Source: Clostridiales bacterium UBA4362 (GTDB taxonomy: Bacteria > Bacillota > Clostridia > TANB77 > CAG-508). From it: 48,722 nucleotides of DNA. The notes below the pieces were generated by a model. The model was not told where the DNA came from. It was given only the letters and a program-made list of their open reading frames with translations, and did not search any database. The DNA lies in contig DGSM01000045.1 of the NCBI GenBank assembly GCA_002393975.1, forward strand, positions 1 to 48,722. Direction: 5' to 3'. Position numbers and translations under genes: made by a program. Below, in pieces: positions 1 through 8,096 of the stretch (positions are counted from its first letter, which is position 1; each line of letters begins with the position of its first letter).

Positions 1-483
1 AACTCCAGTTTGTCCTTCATATTTTAAATAAAAGTCAAATGCAATATATGGTTTTGTTGATTCTGTTCCAAGATTATCTTCTTCAACTAATTCAGAAGTA
101 ATATAATATCCTGAAGTGTTTAAGTTAGCATTTACAATTCCTTTGTACATATTTAAATGACCAGCTGAACCAAGATCTCCTGCTGTTGAGCAAGGTACTA
201 TAGTTTGTGGCAATTGATTCATGTTACCCGACATTGTAATAGCTGAATTAATGTCAGCTTTTGTTATAGATGTTTTCCAATCATTTGCATCAGTACTAAT
301 TTCCAATCCATTAGTAGCTGCAACGTTTACATCAATTTGGTTAATACTAACGATTTGGTTAGCTGTGAACCATGCATAAGTAGATGTAATTAATAAAATT
401 AATGTTAATAATAGAAGAAGCAAAGTTGTTAATACCGATGTTCTTCTTTGATTTTGTTTTGCTTTTGTTTTTTTGTTACTCAT
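1..483 (-). CDS. TasA/camelysin-like secreted protein, N-terminal part only (gene runs off the left edge)
   Basis: Absent from the ORF track because it is truncated. The reverse complement of 1..483 is open in frame from the ATG at 483..481: MSNKKTKAKQNQRRTSVLTTLLLLLLTLILLITSTYAWFTANQIVSINQIDVNVAATNGLE... A GAGGTGGG Shine-Dalgarno lies at 486..493. The basic N-region, hydrophobic core and T-Y-A-W-F motif resemble the TasA/CalY SipW-type signal (TWAAFND / GTFAYFSD). Confidence 0.6.
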   Translation of the reverse strand, partial: MSNKKTKAKQNQRRTSVLTTLLLLLLTLILLITSTYAWFTANQIVSINQIDVNVAATNGLEISTDANDWKTSITKADINSAITMSGNMNQLPQTIVPCSTAGDLGSAGHLNMYKGIVNANLNTSGYYITSELVEEDNLGTESTKPYIAFDFYLKYEGQTGV

Positions 484-521
484 ATCCCACCTCATTTTTA
501 TTTTTTAACTTGACTATAATC

Positions 522-550
522 ATTTTAATATTGCCAAATATTAAAGTCAA
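522..550 (-). promoter_or_regulatory. sigma-A-type promoter for the truncated TasA-like gene
   Basis: Minus strand reads TTGACT (550..545), a 17-nt spacer, then TAAAAT (527..522). It sits ~35 nt upstream of the SD/ATG at 483. Confidence 0.5.
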
Positions 551-609
551 TTGATATCCCTCATTGTAAAACAAGTGTAATTTTTCTGTAAAAAGTTTGT
601 TTATTATCT

Positions 610-1455
610 TTATTCGATATGGCTTAAAACCTCGTTAGTATATACATTTTGGTCTCTATCATTACGTTCAGATTGTATCTCCATATGCATCTTCATTTCA
701 CCACCAATTAATGGATCTAGACACTCTGGATCATCACCTTCTATATAGATTACTATAGTATACTTATCTATTGTTCCTGGATCAAAATGATGTCTTCCAA
801 CTAAGCAAACTCTATTTTCATCTAAAAAAGGTACGGTACCATATTCTGCATTTCCATTTCTTGCACGTTTACCATAAATAGTTCTTTCTCCATTTTGGTA
901 AATCATAATTCTCATTGCATCATCAACATTCTTTATTACATCATCTATATAAATAGTATAGAAATAACTAATAGATGTTGTACCTTTATTAGCTAAATAG
1001 AAAGTATATGCTAGGTAATTATCATCTTTGTTATGGCTACCACCATTTGATTCTTGATCTATAGTTTTTGGAATCCAGTCTACTGATATATTATCAATAT
1101 AATCTATTCTTCCAGCATTAAGTTGCAAAGTATAATTTTTACCAGCTTGTGCATCTTCTAAAGTTTCAAATAAAACAATTCCATATTCTTTCTCTTCATC
1201 ACGAGCAAGTCCAATTACGAATCCACTATTTGCATACCATAGCCTTAATAAATAATAGATTATAATAAGAAATAAGATACATAATATAAGAGCAAATCGA
1301 TACATCTTAATTCTATGTTCTCTACTAGAAATAGTTTTTCCTCTATCTCTAATGTCTTTTCTTTCAGTGATATCATCTGCTGTTAATTCCCTATATTTCT
1401 TAACTTTCTCCTCTTCTTGTTTCTTTTCTTCTTTAGTCTTTCTTGGCATATCCAT
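610..1455 (-). CDS. Membrane-anchored protein of unknown function (charged cytoplasmic N-terminus, one TM helix, ~210-aa extracytoplasmic domain)
   Basis: 281-aa ORF in an AT-rich background. AAAGGA SD upstream of the ATG. TM segment FALILCILFLIIIYYLL. It has its own promoter. I recognise no family. Confidence 0.7.
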   Translation of the reverse strand: MDMPRKTKEEKKQEEEKVKKYRELTADDITERKDIRDRGKTISSREHRIKMYRFALILCILFLIIIYYLLRLWYANSGFVIGLARDEEKEYGIVLFETLEDAQAGKNYTLQLNAGRIDYIDNISVDWIPKTIDQESNGGSHNKDDNYLAYTFYLANKGTTSISYFYTIYIDDVIKNVDDAMRIMIYQNGERTIYGKRARNGNAEYGTVPFLDENRVCLVGRHHFDPGTIDKYTIVIYIEGDDPECLDPLIGGEMKMHMEIQSERNDRDQNVYTNEVLSHIE

Positions 1456-1479
1456 TAAATCCTTTCCATAGATACTTAA

Positions 1480-1508
1480 ATTTTACATTTAGATTTTTTT
1501 ATAGTCAA
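1480..1508 (-). promoter_or_regulatory. sigma-A-type promoter of the 281-aa gene (divergent pair)
   Basis: Minus strand reads TTGACT (1508..1503), N17, TAAAAT (1485..1480). Confidence 0.5.
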
Positions 1509-1512
1509 TATC

Positions 1513-1541
1513 TTGAATAAAAAAAGTCCCTATGCTACAAT
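1513..1541 (+). promoter_or_regulatory. sigma-A-type promoter of the 210-aa TasA-like gene (divergent pair)
   Basis: TTGAAT (1513..1518), N17, TACAAT (1536..1541). GAGG SD at 1561..1564, ATG at 1572. Its -35 lies only 4 bp from the -35 of the opposing promoter. Confidence 0.5.
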
Positions 1542-1571
1542 AATTTTAAATTAGTAGAGCGAGGTATTCAA

Positions 1572-2204
1572 ATGAGAAAAAACAAGAGACGATATTTTAT
1601 AATGCTAGTTATTCTCATAATGTTAGCTTTGATAATTGCTCTTTTACCTACATTATCTAAATATGTAACAACTGCAAATGGTGAAAGCTCAATTAATATA
1701 GCTAGATGGGAAATTAAAGTTAATAGTCAATCTATTAGACAAAATAAAGATATTTCAGGTGTTATCACTCCTGTATTTCCAGGAACCGAACATATAGCGA
1801 ATGATGTAATTGCACCAAGTTCAGAAGGATATTTTGATCTAATCATTAATTTTTCTGATGCTGATGTTTCATGTGATTACGTAATCACTTTCCAAACATT
1901 AAATTCAAATGTTACCGATTTAATAGTAACAAGTTATACAGCTCCAGATGGAACTCCAATTACAGTTTCAGATGCAAGTACAAGAAATAATGTTGATATT
2001 CATGGAACATATAATTATGGAAATACTGCTACAACAAATTTAGTTCAAAACTATAGAATAAATGTTATGTGGAATGATAATCCATCTACAGAAAGTATGA
2101 ACAATACACAAGACACCAATGCAACTGTTCCAACAAATTCAACTGATGAATATGCTACAACAAAAATGAATGTTCAAATTGCATTTACTCAAAAAGTTTC
2201 ATAA
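1572..2204 (+). CDS. TasA/camelysin-like secreted protein (paralogue of 10318..10953)
   Basis: Basic N-terminus (MRKNKRR) and hydrophobic core. After the signal, INIARWEIKVNSQSI matches VRLAKWNIKVNNELV in the 211-aa paralogue. Beta-rich and Thr/Asn-rich. SD and promoter are present. Confidence 0.7.
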   Translation: MRKNKRRYFIMLVILIMLALIIALLPTLSKYVTTANGESSINIARWEIKVNSQSIRQNKDISGVITPVFPGTEHIANDVIAPSSEGYFDLIINFSDADVSCDYVITFQTLNSNVTDLIVTSYTAPDGTPITVSDASTRNNVDIHGTYNYGNTATTNLVQNYRINVMWNDNPSTESMNNTQDTNATVPTNSTDEYATTKMNVQIAFTQKVS

Positions 2205-2270
2205 TAATTAATTATAAATAGTAGTCAATAATTAATAATTGATAATAACTAATATAATAATATAAATATA

Positions 2271-2301
2271 AAAAAATCAGATTCCATTCGAATCTGATTT
2301 T
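2271..2301. terminator. Bidirectional intrinsic terminator between convergent genes
   Basis: Perfect inverted repeat aaaaatcagattc (2271..2283) / gaatctgattttt (2289..2301) with loop cattc. A/T runs flank both sides. It lies between the stop at 2204 (+) and the stop at 2341 (-). Confidence 0.65.
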
Positions 2302-2340
2302 TATTTTTACTTATTATTATATTTGAAAATAAGGTAACTA

Positions 2341-2997
2341 TTATTCAGCTTGTGATGCAATTACATTAATCTTTAAATAAATAGGATATCTAGTATCATC
2401 CGTTAATGAGTTAGTTGGCGCAGTATCATTTGCATGTGTTTCATAATAATCATAAACATTCTCTCCCCAAGCTGTATCTAATTGATCTTTTGCCTCAATT
2501 TCTGATTGATCAGCTGCTTCAAAAGCCCAACTCATTGTTACAGTAAATGTTTCTGAATTGCTGCCTGTAGTATGTCCAAGTGATGTGTCCGAAAAATCAA
2601 ACTCAAAAGTAAATGGCAAATCATTTGTAAGCATTTCTTCTATTTCTTCATGAGTAGGTCCAGCATCATCAGCAATATAACTATCATCAAGAAGTCTTGC
2701 TTCAACTACTGCATATGATAAAGTAGCATCCCTCTCTCCTGTGTTTGTAATTGTAAATACTTTTGTAAAATCCTCCATTCCTGGATAAGCTCTATCAATT
2801 ACAATCTCAAAATATGTACTTTCCACGTCTTCATCATCTTTAAATGTAATATGCCATGAATCAATGTGTACATTCATTGACAATTGTGTTTTAGTATTCA
2901 TTAAGAACCATGCAAACGTATTTACTACTAGTAACACCAATAAAATTACCATTGATCTTAATAGCAAATATTTTTGTTTACGATTTAATTTCTTCAC
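2341..2997 (-). CDS. TasA/camelysin-like secreted protein
   Basis: The start codon is GTG (plus-strand cac at 2995..2997), preceded by AAGGAAAA. The N-terminus MKKLNRKQKYLLLRSMVILLVLLVVNTFAWFLMN carries the T-F-A-W-F SipW-type motif. It is the last gene of operon B, just upstream of the terminator. Confidence 0.7.
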   Translation of the reverse strand: MKKLNRKQKYLLLRSMVILLVLLVVNTFAWFLMNTKTQLSMNVHIDSWHITFKDDEDVESTYFEIVIDRAYPGMEDFTKVFTITNTGERDATLSYAVVEARLLDDSYIADDAGPTHEEIEEMLTNDLPFTFEFDFSDTSLGHTTGSNSETFTVTMSWAFEAADQSEIEAKDQLDTAWGENVYDYYETHANDTAPTNSLTDDTRYPIYLKINVIASQAE

Positions 2998-3025
2998 TTG
3001 TTTTTTCCTTATCTTCTAAAATTTA

Positions 3026-4366
3026 TTATTGTTCATCTGTTGTATTCATTATTCTTATCATATTAATAAATATAATAACTGCAACAGGAATAAATATTGC
3101 AAAAAATAAACCAAAATTGTTACTTGCTACTTTTGAAATAGCACTAAGTATTAATAATTTCTTTACTATTTTACCTTTAATTTGACTAGAATTTATAGCA
3201 GGGTCTTCTACATCATTTTGTACACCTTTTGTAATAATTGTATATGAACCATCTTCATTTTTTGTGATAGCTTGAATTTCATGAGTAATTATTTTTCCTT
3301 CTAATTGTCCTTCTTTTCCGTTATAAGCTATATCATCACCAATTTTCAAAGTTGATGGATCAACATCTTTTGCTAAGATTATATCCCCTACTGAATATTT
3401 TGAAAGCATTGATTCAGTAGAAACGTTATAAATTCTTATTCCACCTATTGATAATTCATTGTTAGAGAATCTTTGTACGCAAACGATAAATAATAAAACA
3501 ACTATAAATATAAATACTAACCAATAAAGAACATCAGATATTATTGTAAATACCTTTGATACTTTAGGTTTTAAAACTCTCTTAGGTCTATTTTCAACAA
3601 TAGGTTCATCTAGTTTAATTTTCTTAGCTTTTATTGTTTTGTTTTCTGAAGTCGTATTATGCTTTTTAGTTTTTGGAGCAGAAACTTCTTTATTCTTTTT
3701 TTCTGCTTCCTTACTACTAGAATTCTTCACCTTAGGAACGCCGAACAAAACATCTGGTAACTTCTCTTTTCTTTTTCCTTTTACTTTGATACTTTCTTCA
3801 TTTATATCGTTTTCTTTATTTGTTCCCTTAGCTTTTTTTGTACTAGTATCATTCTTTTTATTTTTACTTTGTTCTTTTTCTTTAGATTTATTCTTATTTC
3901 TATTATTGCTTATGTTTTCTTCTTGTTTTTTATTATCTACATTTTCTTTCTTAGATTCTTTTTTAGTTTCTTTTTCTTTTTCTATTTTTATTTCTTTTTT
4001 TGCTTTAGGAATCTCTTTTTCTTCCACTTTAGATTTAGTTTCAGGCTCAACATCTACTATTCTCTTTTTGCGATTATTTCTAAAGTTTTTAAGTCTCGTA
4101 CTTAAATCAATATTATTTCTTTTTGGAATATTTTGACTAACTTTCTTCTCTTCTAATTCTTCCTCAAGTTCTTCCTTAATATTGTCCATCATAGAAGGTG
4201 TTTCTGTAATTTCAGAAACATTTGCTTTCCTTCTAACTCTAGACTTAGGTTTATTACTTTCATCAATTTCAGGCTCACTAATATTTACAGGAGCCTCATC
4301 AGTCATCCCCTTTTTCTTAACAACTATTTTTTTCTTTTTAATTGTTTCGTTATTAGAATCAACCAT
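3026..4366 (-). CDS. SipW-like (S26B, ER/archaeal-type) signal peptidase with a ~280-aa Lys/Glu-rich N-terminal cytoplasmic extension
   Basis: The C-terminal ~165 aa align by eye to the SipW copies in this window: TM (VLYWLVFIFIVVLLFIV), VSTESMLSKYSVGDIILAK versus ITSGSMEPTFYEGDIIFVK, IITHEI versus TTHRI, and a C-terminal TM. The GD of the GDxN box is replaced (GVQNDVED). The N-terminal 280 aa are low-complexity K/E/N. The start overlaps the upstream stop by 8 nt. Confidence 0.75.
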   Translation of the reverse strand: MVDSNNETIKKKKIVVKKKGMTDEAPVNISEPEIDESNKPKSRVRRKANVSEITETPSMMDNIKEELEEELEEKKVSQNIPKRNNIDLSTRLKNFRNNRKKRIVDVEPETKSKVEEKEIPKAKKEIKIEKEKETKKESKKENVDNKKQEENISNNRNKNKSKEKEQSKNKKNDTSTKKAKGTNKENDINEESIKVKGKRKEKLPDVLFGVPKVKNSSSKEAEKKNKEVSAPKTKKHNTTSENKTIKAKKIKLDEPIVENRPKRVLKPKVSKVFTIISDVLYWLVFIFIVVLLFIVCVQRFSNNELSIGGIRIYNVSTESMLSKYSVGDIILAKDVDPSTLKIGDDIAYNGKEGQLEGKIITHEIQAITKNEDGSYTIITKGVQNDVEDPAINSSQIKGKIVKKLLILSAISKVASNNFGLFFAIFIPVAVIIFINMIRIMNTTDEQ

Positions 4367-5471
4367 TACTCTCTACCTTATCAATAAATTTATCGAAGCT
4401 TTCCTTAAATACTTTTCTAATTTCTGTAAGAGTTGCAGTATGTGCAGTTCTTATTTGAGCAATTCTACCAGTTATTTTGCTTTCTAGCTCTTCTGGTGTT
4501 AAATCTGGATTAATTACAATTAATTGTTCTATCAATTGATTGGTAATAAAATCTCTAGCTTCTTTATTCTTTTCTTCAGCATTCTCTTCATCAATTCTAC
4601 TTAATGTATTTAATGCAAGATAATTAAGTAAGAATGTCTCATTTCCATATCTAATCATTGCTTGATTATCATCACTTTGATCTTTGTCAGAAGTTCTTTT
4701 TGTTTTATCATCAAGATTTTCTTGAATATAATCCCACAATCTCATTGCATATTGGAAATGTGTGTTTTTCAAAATCATATTTGTCTTTTTTATAGGAGGT
4801 CTAACTAAAGCTGCATGTATTTTGGCTAATGATTTGTAAACTTCCATTTGAGTTAAAATAGTAAACTCTAAATCTAAATGTTCGATTCTATCTAATAATT
4901 CTTTTGTATCATTTTTAGAATCCCCTTGTTTCTTACTAGATATCTCAAAAGAAATTCCAATAGCTTCATTTCCTAAAACAGTATGTCCATTATAAGCGAA
5001 CTTTTTCTCATCTTTTGCTTGTATAGACAATTTACTTAAAAGTGCTTCTTTTCTAACTGAAATAAAGTTTTTAGTGTTCTGTATTAAAGTATATATTAAT
5101 CTATTTTCGTATGTATCAAAAGTTTCTTCTTTATTAATATTCAAGATTTTAGCTGGTTTAACACCTTCTTCATCAATAGCTTGAATAAAGTTAGTATGTT
5201 TAGCCAAATCTTTAATACTTTCAACAGTAACTCTTTTAGCTTTTTCTATTTTAACTACTTCTTCTTCATTTATAATAAATCTGTTTGGATTCTTAAAAAT
5301 TGCATCCAAATGTGGAACTGCCATTTCTATTTCATCAATCCATTCCGTGTCTAACTCGACTTTTTCAAAGTCGGTATTGACACGGATTTCAGATTTAGTA
5401 TTGTTTAGGAATCTTGTAGTTAATTGTTCATTTTCTTGTTCATATAAATCAAAAACACTTAAATTACTCAT
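4359..5471 (-). CDS. McrC-N-terminal/DUF2357-like partner of the McrB-like NTPase; no nuclease motif seen
   Basis: 370-aa soluble helical protein 30 nt downstream of the McrB-like gene. The motifs TYENRLIYTLIQN and VRPPIKKTNMILKNTHFQYAMRLWDYI resemble what I remember of DUF2357, the region preceding the PD-(D/E)xK domain in McrC-like proteins. I find no convincing PD-(D/E)xK. The family call is tentative. Confidence 0.55.
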   Translation of the reverse strand: MSNLSVFDLYEQENEQLTTRFLNNTKSEIRVNTDFEKVELDTEWIDEIEMAVPHLDAIFKNPNRFIINEEEVVKIEKAKRVTVESIKDLAKHTNFIQAIDEEGVKPAKILNINKEETFDTYENRLIYTLIQNTKNFISVRKEALLSKLSIQAKDEKKFAYNGHTVLGNEAIGISFEISSKKQGDSKNDTKELLDRIEHLDLEFTILTQMEVYKSLAKIHAALVRPPIKKTNMILKNTHFQYAMRLWDYIQENLDDKTKRTSDKDQSDDNQAMIRYGNETFLLNYLALNTLSRIDEENAEEKNKEARDFITNQLIEQLIVINPDLTPEELESKITGRIAQIRTAHTATLTEIRKVFKESFDKFIDKVESNG

Positions 5472-5501
5472 TTGTAAAACTTAACAATCCTTTTTATAAT
5501 T

Positions 5502-7040
5502 TTAGGTTAATTTCTTTAATCTTAACATAAATTCAATACATTCATGCATTTTATCTTTGCCAAATGTTTTATTTAAAAAGTCTATATATGGATCGATTTC
5601 ATCTCTTATATAAGCAACGTTTAATTGTTCGAATTTTCTTAAAACTTTACGTGCTAAGAAGTAATCAACACCATCTATTTCATCTCCACCGCATCCAACA
5701 TATACTGGAACGAATTTTCCAATCTGCATTACAATACGGTTACCAAAAGCTATTCTGAAATGTTCAATAACATAGTTGTCCATTTGCTCTATTTTATTCA
5801 TTGTAGATTCTGATACAGGATGATCTTTCATAGCTTGTTGATATAATCCATTCAAATATGAATAGTTTATACTCCATGCATCTGTATCAACTGGATCAAA
5901 AGGTTGTCCTTTATCATTAATGTCTATAGGCATAGCTCTATCGTAAACCTTATCAGTTACCATGAATGTAGAATCATCATTATTGATTGTTCCTATATAC
6001 CATAGATTTGGAGATAATTTTATTTTTCCATCAAATAAATGCTTTGGATCGCCCTTCCAAGCAGATGGAACTAATTCAACTATCCATTCATCTTGGTTTG
6101 GCATTTCTAGAATAGATAGCATCTCTGCAAAATAATACTCAACACGGGCGATGTTCATCTCGTCTAATATTACTGTAAAGATATCATCTGAATATCCTGC
6201 TTTATATATTTCGGCTAAAACTTCACTTTCATTAAACTTCTTTGTGAACTCATTGAAGTAACCAAAAAGTTCTGTTCTATCACGCCATGAAGGCTGTACT
6301 GATGCAACACAAGAATCATGTTGATTAAATTTTCCCCAAGCATAAGCAAGAGATGTTTTACCAGTACCAGAGATACCTTGTAGGATAACTAACTTTGTTG
6401 AAGCTAGAGCAGCTATAAATAATCTCATCATATTTATATTGTAATAAAGTTTAAGTTTAGATGCTGCAAAGTTTCTAAATGCTTCGCATAGTTCTGGTAA
6501 AGTAAATGTATTACCATGATCTTGAATTTTGCTATCTTCAAGACGTTCATCAATTGCAACAAGCTTTGGAAAACGAAGTCCTGCACCATCGACTTTTTCA
6601 CCATTTTCATCTGATGAACCTTCTCCTTGTGGCTCGATTGTATTTGACTCATCAGGTGCTAAACCTAATTGAGAAACTTTCATTGCCATCAATTCATCTT
6701 TTTCTTTCATAAGGTCTACAACCTTATTATTTAATGTAGCAACTTCATCAAGAAGAGCATCTTGGTTTAGACCTCTCTTATTAAATTTAACTTTCTTTCT
6801 AGCAAGTAAGATGCATAATGCAACTACTAAGAAAATTATTAGTGCAGCTATGAATAAAGCTATTACTACTAAAACCCATTCAGGTTTGTCTAGACTAGTT
6901 TTATATTTTTCAAAAATTTCAACATATGCTGGAATATTAAATGTTGCTTTTATTCCTCTGAAAAATCCTTGAATTACTAGTATAAATACTGCTAAAAACT
7001 GTCCTAGAAAATCGTATAGAAATTTTGTAAATGTTTCCAT
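5502..7040 (-). CDS. Membrane-anchored McrB-family AAA+ NTPase (GTPase-type)
   Basis: Two N-terminal TM helices (aa ~14-30 and ~55-80) are followed by a coiled coil. Motifs:
- Walker A: GISGTGKT (aa 222-229)
- SVQPSWRDRTELFGYF
- Walker B plus McrB signature: VILDEMNIARVEYYFAEMLSILE (compare McrB DEINRA..FGEL..LLE)
- NLWYIGTINNDDS (compare IIGTMNTADRS, the NxxD box)
- DKVYDRAM (compare D.AL.RRF). Confidence 0.85.
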   Translation of the reverse strand: METFTKFLYDFLGQFLAVFILVIQGFFRGIKATFNIPAYVEIFEKYKTSLDKPEWVLVVIALFIAALIIFLVVALCILLARKKVKFNKRGLNQDALLDEVATLNNKVVDLMKEKDELMAMKVSQLGLAPDESNTIEPQGEGSSDENGEKVDGAGLRFPKLVAIDERLEDSKIQDHGNTFTLPELCEAFRNFAASKLKLYYNINMMRLFIAALASTKLVILQGISGTGKTSLAYAWGKFNQHDSCVASVQPSWRDRTELFGYFNEFTKKFNESEVLAEIYKAGYSDDIFTVILDEMNIARVEYYFAEMLSILEMPNQDEWIVELVPSAWKGDPKHLFDGKIKLSPNLWYIGTINNDDSTFMVTDKVYDRAMPIDINDKGQPFDPVDTDAWSINYSYLNGLYQQAMKDHPVSESTMNKIEQMDNYVIEHFRIAFGNRIVMQIGKFVPVYVGCGGDEIDGVDYFLARKVLRKFEQLNVAYIRDEIDPYIDFLNKTFGKDKMHECIEFMLRLKKLT

Positions 7041-7081
7041 TTATTTTTCCTTTCGTATATAAAAATTTTATTAACCTTTGT

Positions 7082-8077
7082 TTATTTAATAACTACTAAA
7101 TTATTTGAACGTCTGAGTGCTGGAATATTTTTGTCTGTAATAATATATTTTAAAATTGAGAAAGTTTGAATTTCTGCATCATTAGGTTCGAAATTGTCTT
7201 CTTCAACTTTCATTGCAAAATTAAATCCTTGTGAAACCAAATCATATATTTTTTCTCTATGCATTCTAAATTCTCTATATGTTAACTCTAAAGTTATTCT
7301 ATCTTGCATAGTAGAATTATTAATTATATTTAGTAGTCTTGCAAGTTTAGTCTCTTTATCTAAAAGTGATTCTGGAAAATCTACTACATATTCTTTTCTA
7401 TAATCTGATTGTTCAATATCCTTTATTATTTTTGCACTTAATAAGTAATATTCTACTAATAATTTATCTTCTAAAGTAACTCCTGAATTAAATACATCAT
7501 TAATAGCTTCATTGCTATAAATATATGGGAATTTAACATTTTGTGATATCGATACTTTTTGTAAATTATCTTTATAATTTCTAAACTTTAATTTAAACTC
7601 TTTGGTTTCAAATTTCTTTAAGAAATTTGATTTTTCTTCATTGTTCATTTGAACCATAAGAGTAAAGTTTAATCTAAACTTCATTTCATCTTCTTTGGTT
7701 ATTTTATCTTCACCAAAAAATTCTCTTCTAATATCTAAAATTTCTTCAACTTTATCTTTTATTTCTGATTGTTTATGTGCTGTATCAAAAAAAGCACAAT
7801 CATCATAAAATAAATAAGTATACTCTATCATTCTTTGATATTTTGGATTTTCTTTAACTAATTCAATTTCCTTTTTCTTAAGTTCTTGAAATAATTTATT
7901 CCTAACAGTTAATCCCCTCTTTGGAGTAATTAATCCATTATATCTAATATTAATATATACATCTGAAAATTCATCACAAATAAATTTTCTGTACTTATCT
8001 CCTAAAATTGACTTCATGTACTCATTAAGCTGTCTAATAGTAATTTTAGAATATTCATCCATAACATTTATAGACAT
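7082..8077 (-). CDS. Cytoplasmic protein of unknown function (operon B)
   Basis: 331-aa ORF with no TM or signal sequence. It is tightly packed between a TasA-like gene (19-nt gap) and the McrB-like gene (41-nt gap). I recognise no family. Confidence 0.75.
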   Translation of the reverse strand: MSINVMDEYSKITIRQLNEYMKSILGDKYRKFICDEFSDVYINIRYNGLITPKRGLTVRNKLFQELKKKEIELVKENPKYQRMIEYTYLFYDDCAFFDTAHKQSEIKDKVEEILDIRREFFGEDKITKEDEMKFRLNFTLMVQMNNEEKSNFLKKFETKEFKLKFRNYKDNLQKVSISQNVKFPYIYSNEAINDVFNSGVTLEDKLLVEYYLLSAKIIKDIEQSDYRKEYVVDFPESLLDKETKLARLLNIINNSTMQDRITLELTYREFRMHREKIYDLVSQGFNFAMKVEEDNFEPNDAEIQTFSILKYIITDKNIPALRRSNNLVVIK

Positions 8078-8096
8078 TTGTGTTTTCCTTTCTTAT

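Noticed and set aside
1486-1535. A7 homopolymers in the spacers of both divergent promoters, and an A6 run in the 11681 promoter, as possible phase-variation switches.
   Set aside because: Runs of 6 to 7 A/T are expected by chance in DNA this AT-rich. They are shorter than typical slipped-strand switches.
2910-3185. Plus-strand 91-aa ORF spanning the junction of two minus-strand genes.
   Set aside because: It overlaps two well-supported minus-strand CDSs. It is hydrophobic only because it is antisense to signal and TM-coding sequence, and it has no SD.
3639-4487. Plus-strand ORFs 3639..4136, 3869..4105 and 4182..4487 (Phe/Leu/Ser-rich).
   Set aside because: They are antisense shadows of the Lys/Glu-rich low-complexity part of the 446-aa gene, where AAR/GAR codons read as TTY/YTC on the other strand. 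They have no SD and an implausible composition.
4359-5471. Candidate PD-(D/E)xK nuclease motif in the 370-aa partner (NPDLTPEELESK).
   Set aside because: The Asp to ExK spacing is too short, and the segment lies in a helical C-terminal context. It is most likely coincidental.
7082-8077. Possible degenerate EAL (c-di-GMP) domain in the 331-aa protein: ITLELTYREF resembles LxLEITE, and SQGFNFAMKVEEDNF resembles G..iAlDDFGtG.
   Set aside because: Only two short blocks match. There is no EAL(x)R motif, and the protein ends ~80 aa too early for a full EAL fold. This is too weak to call.
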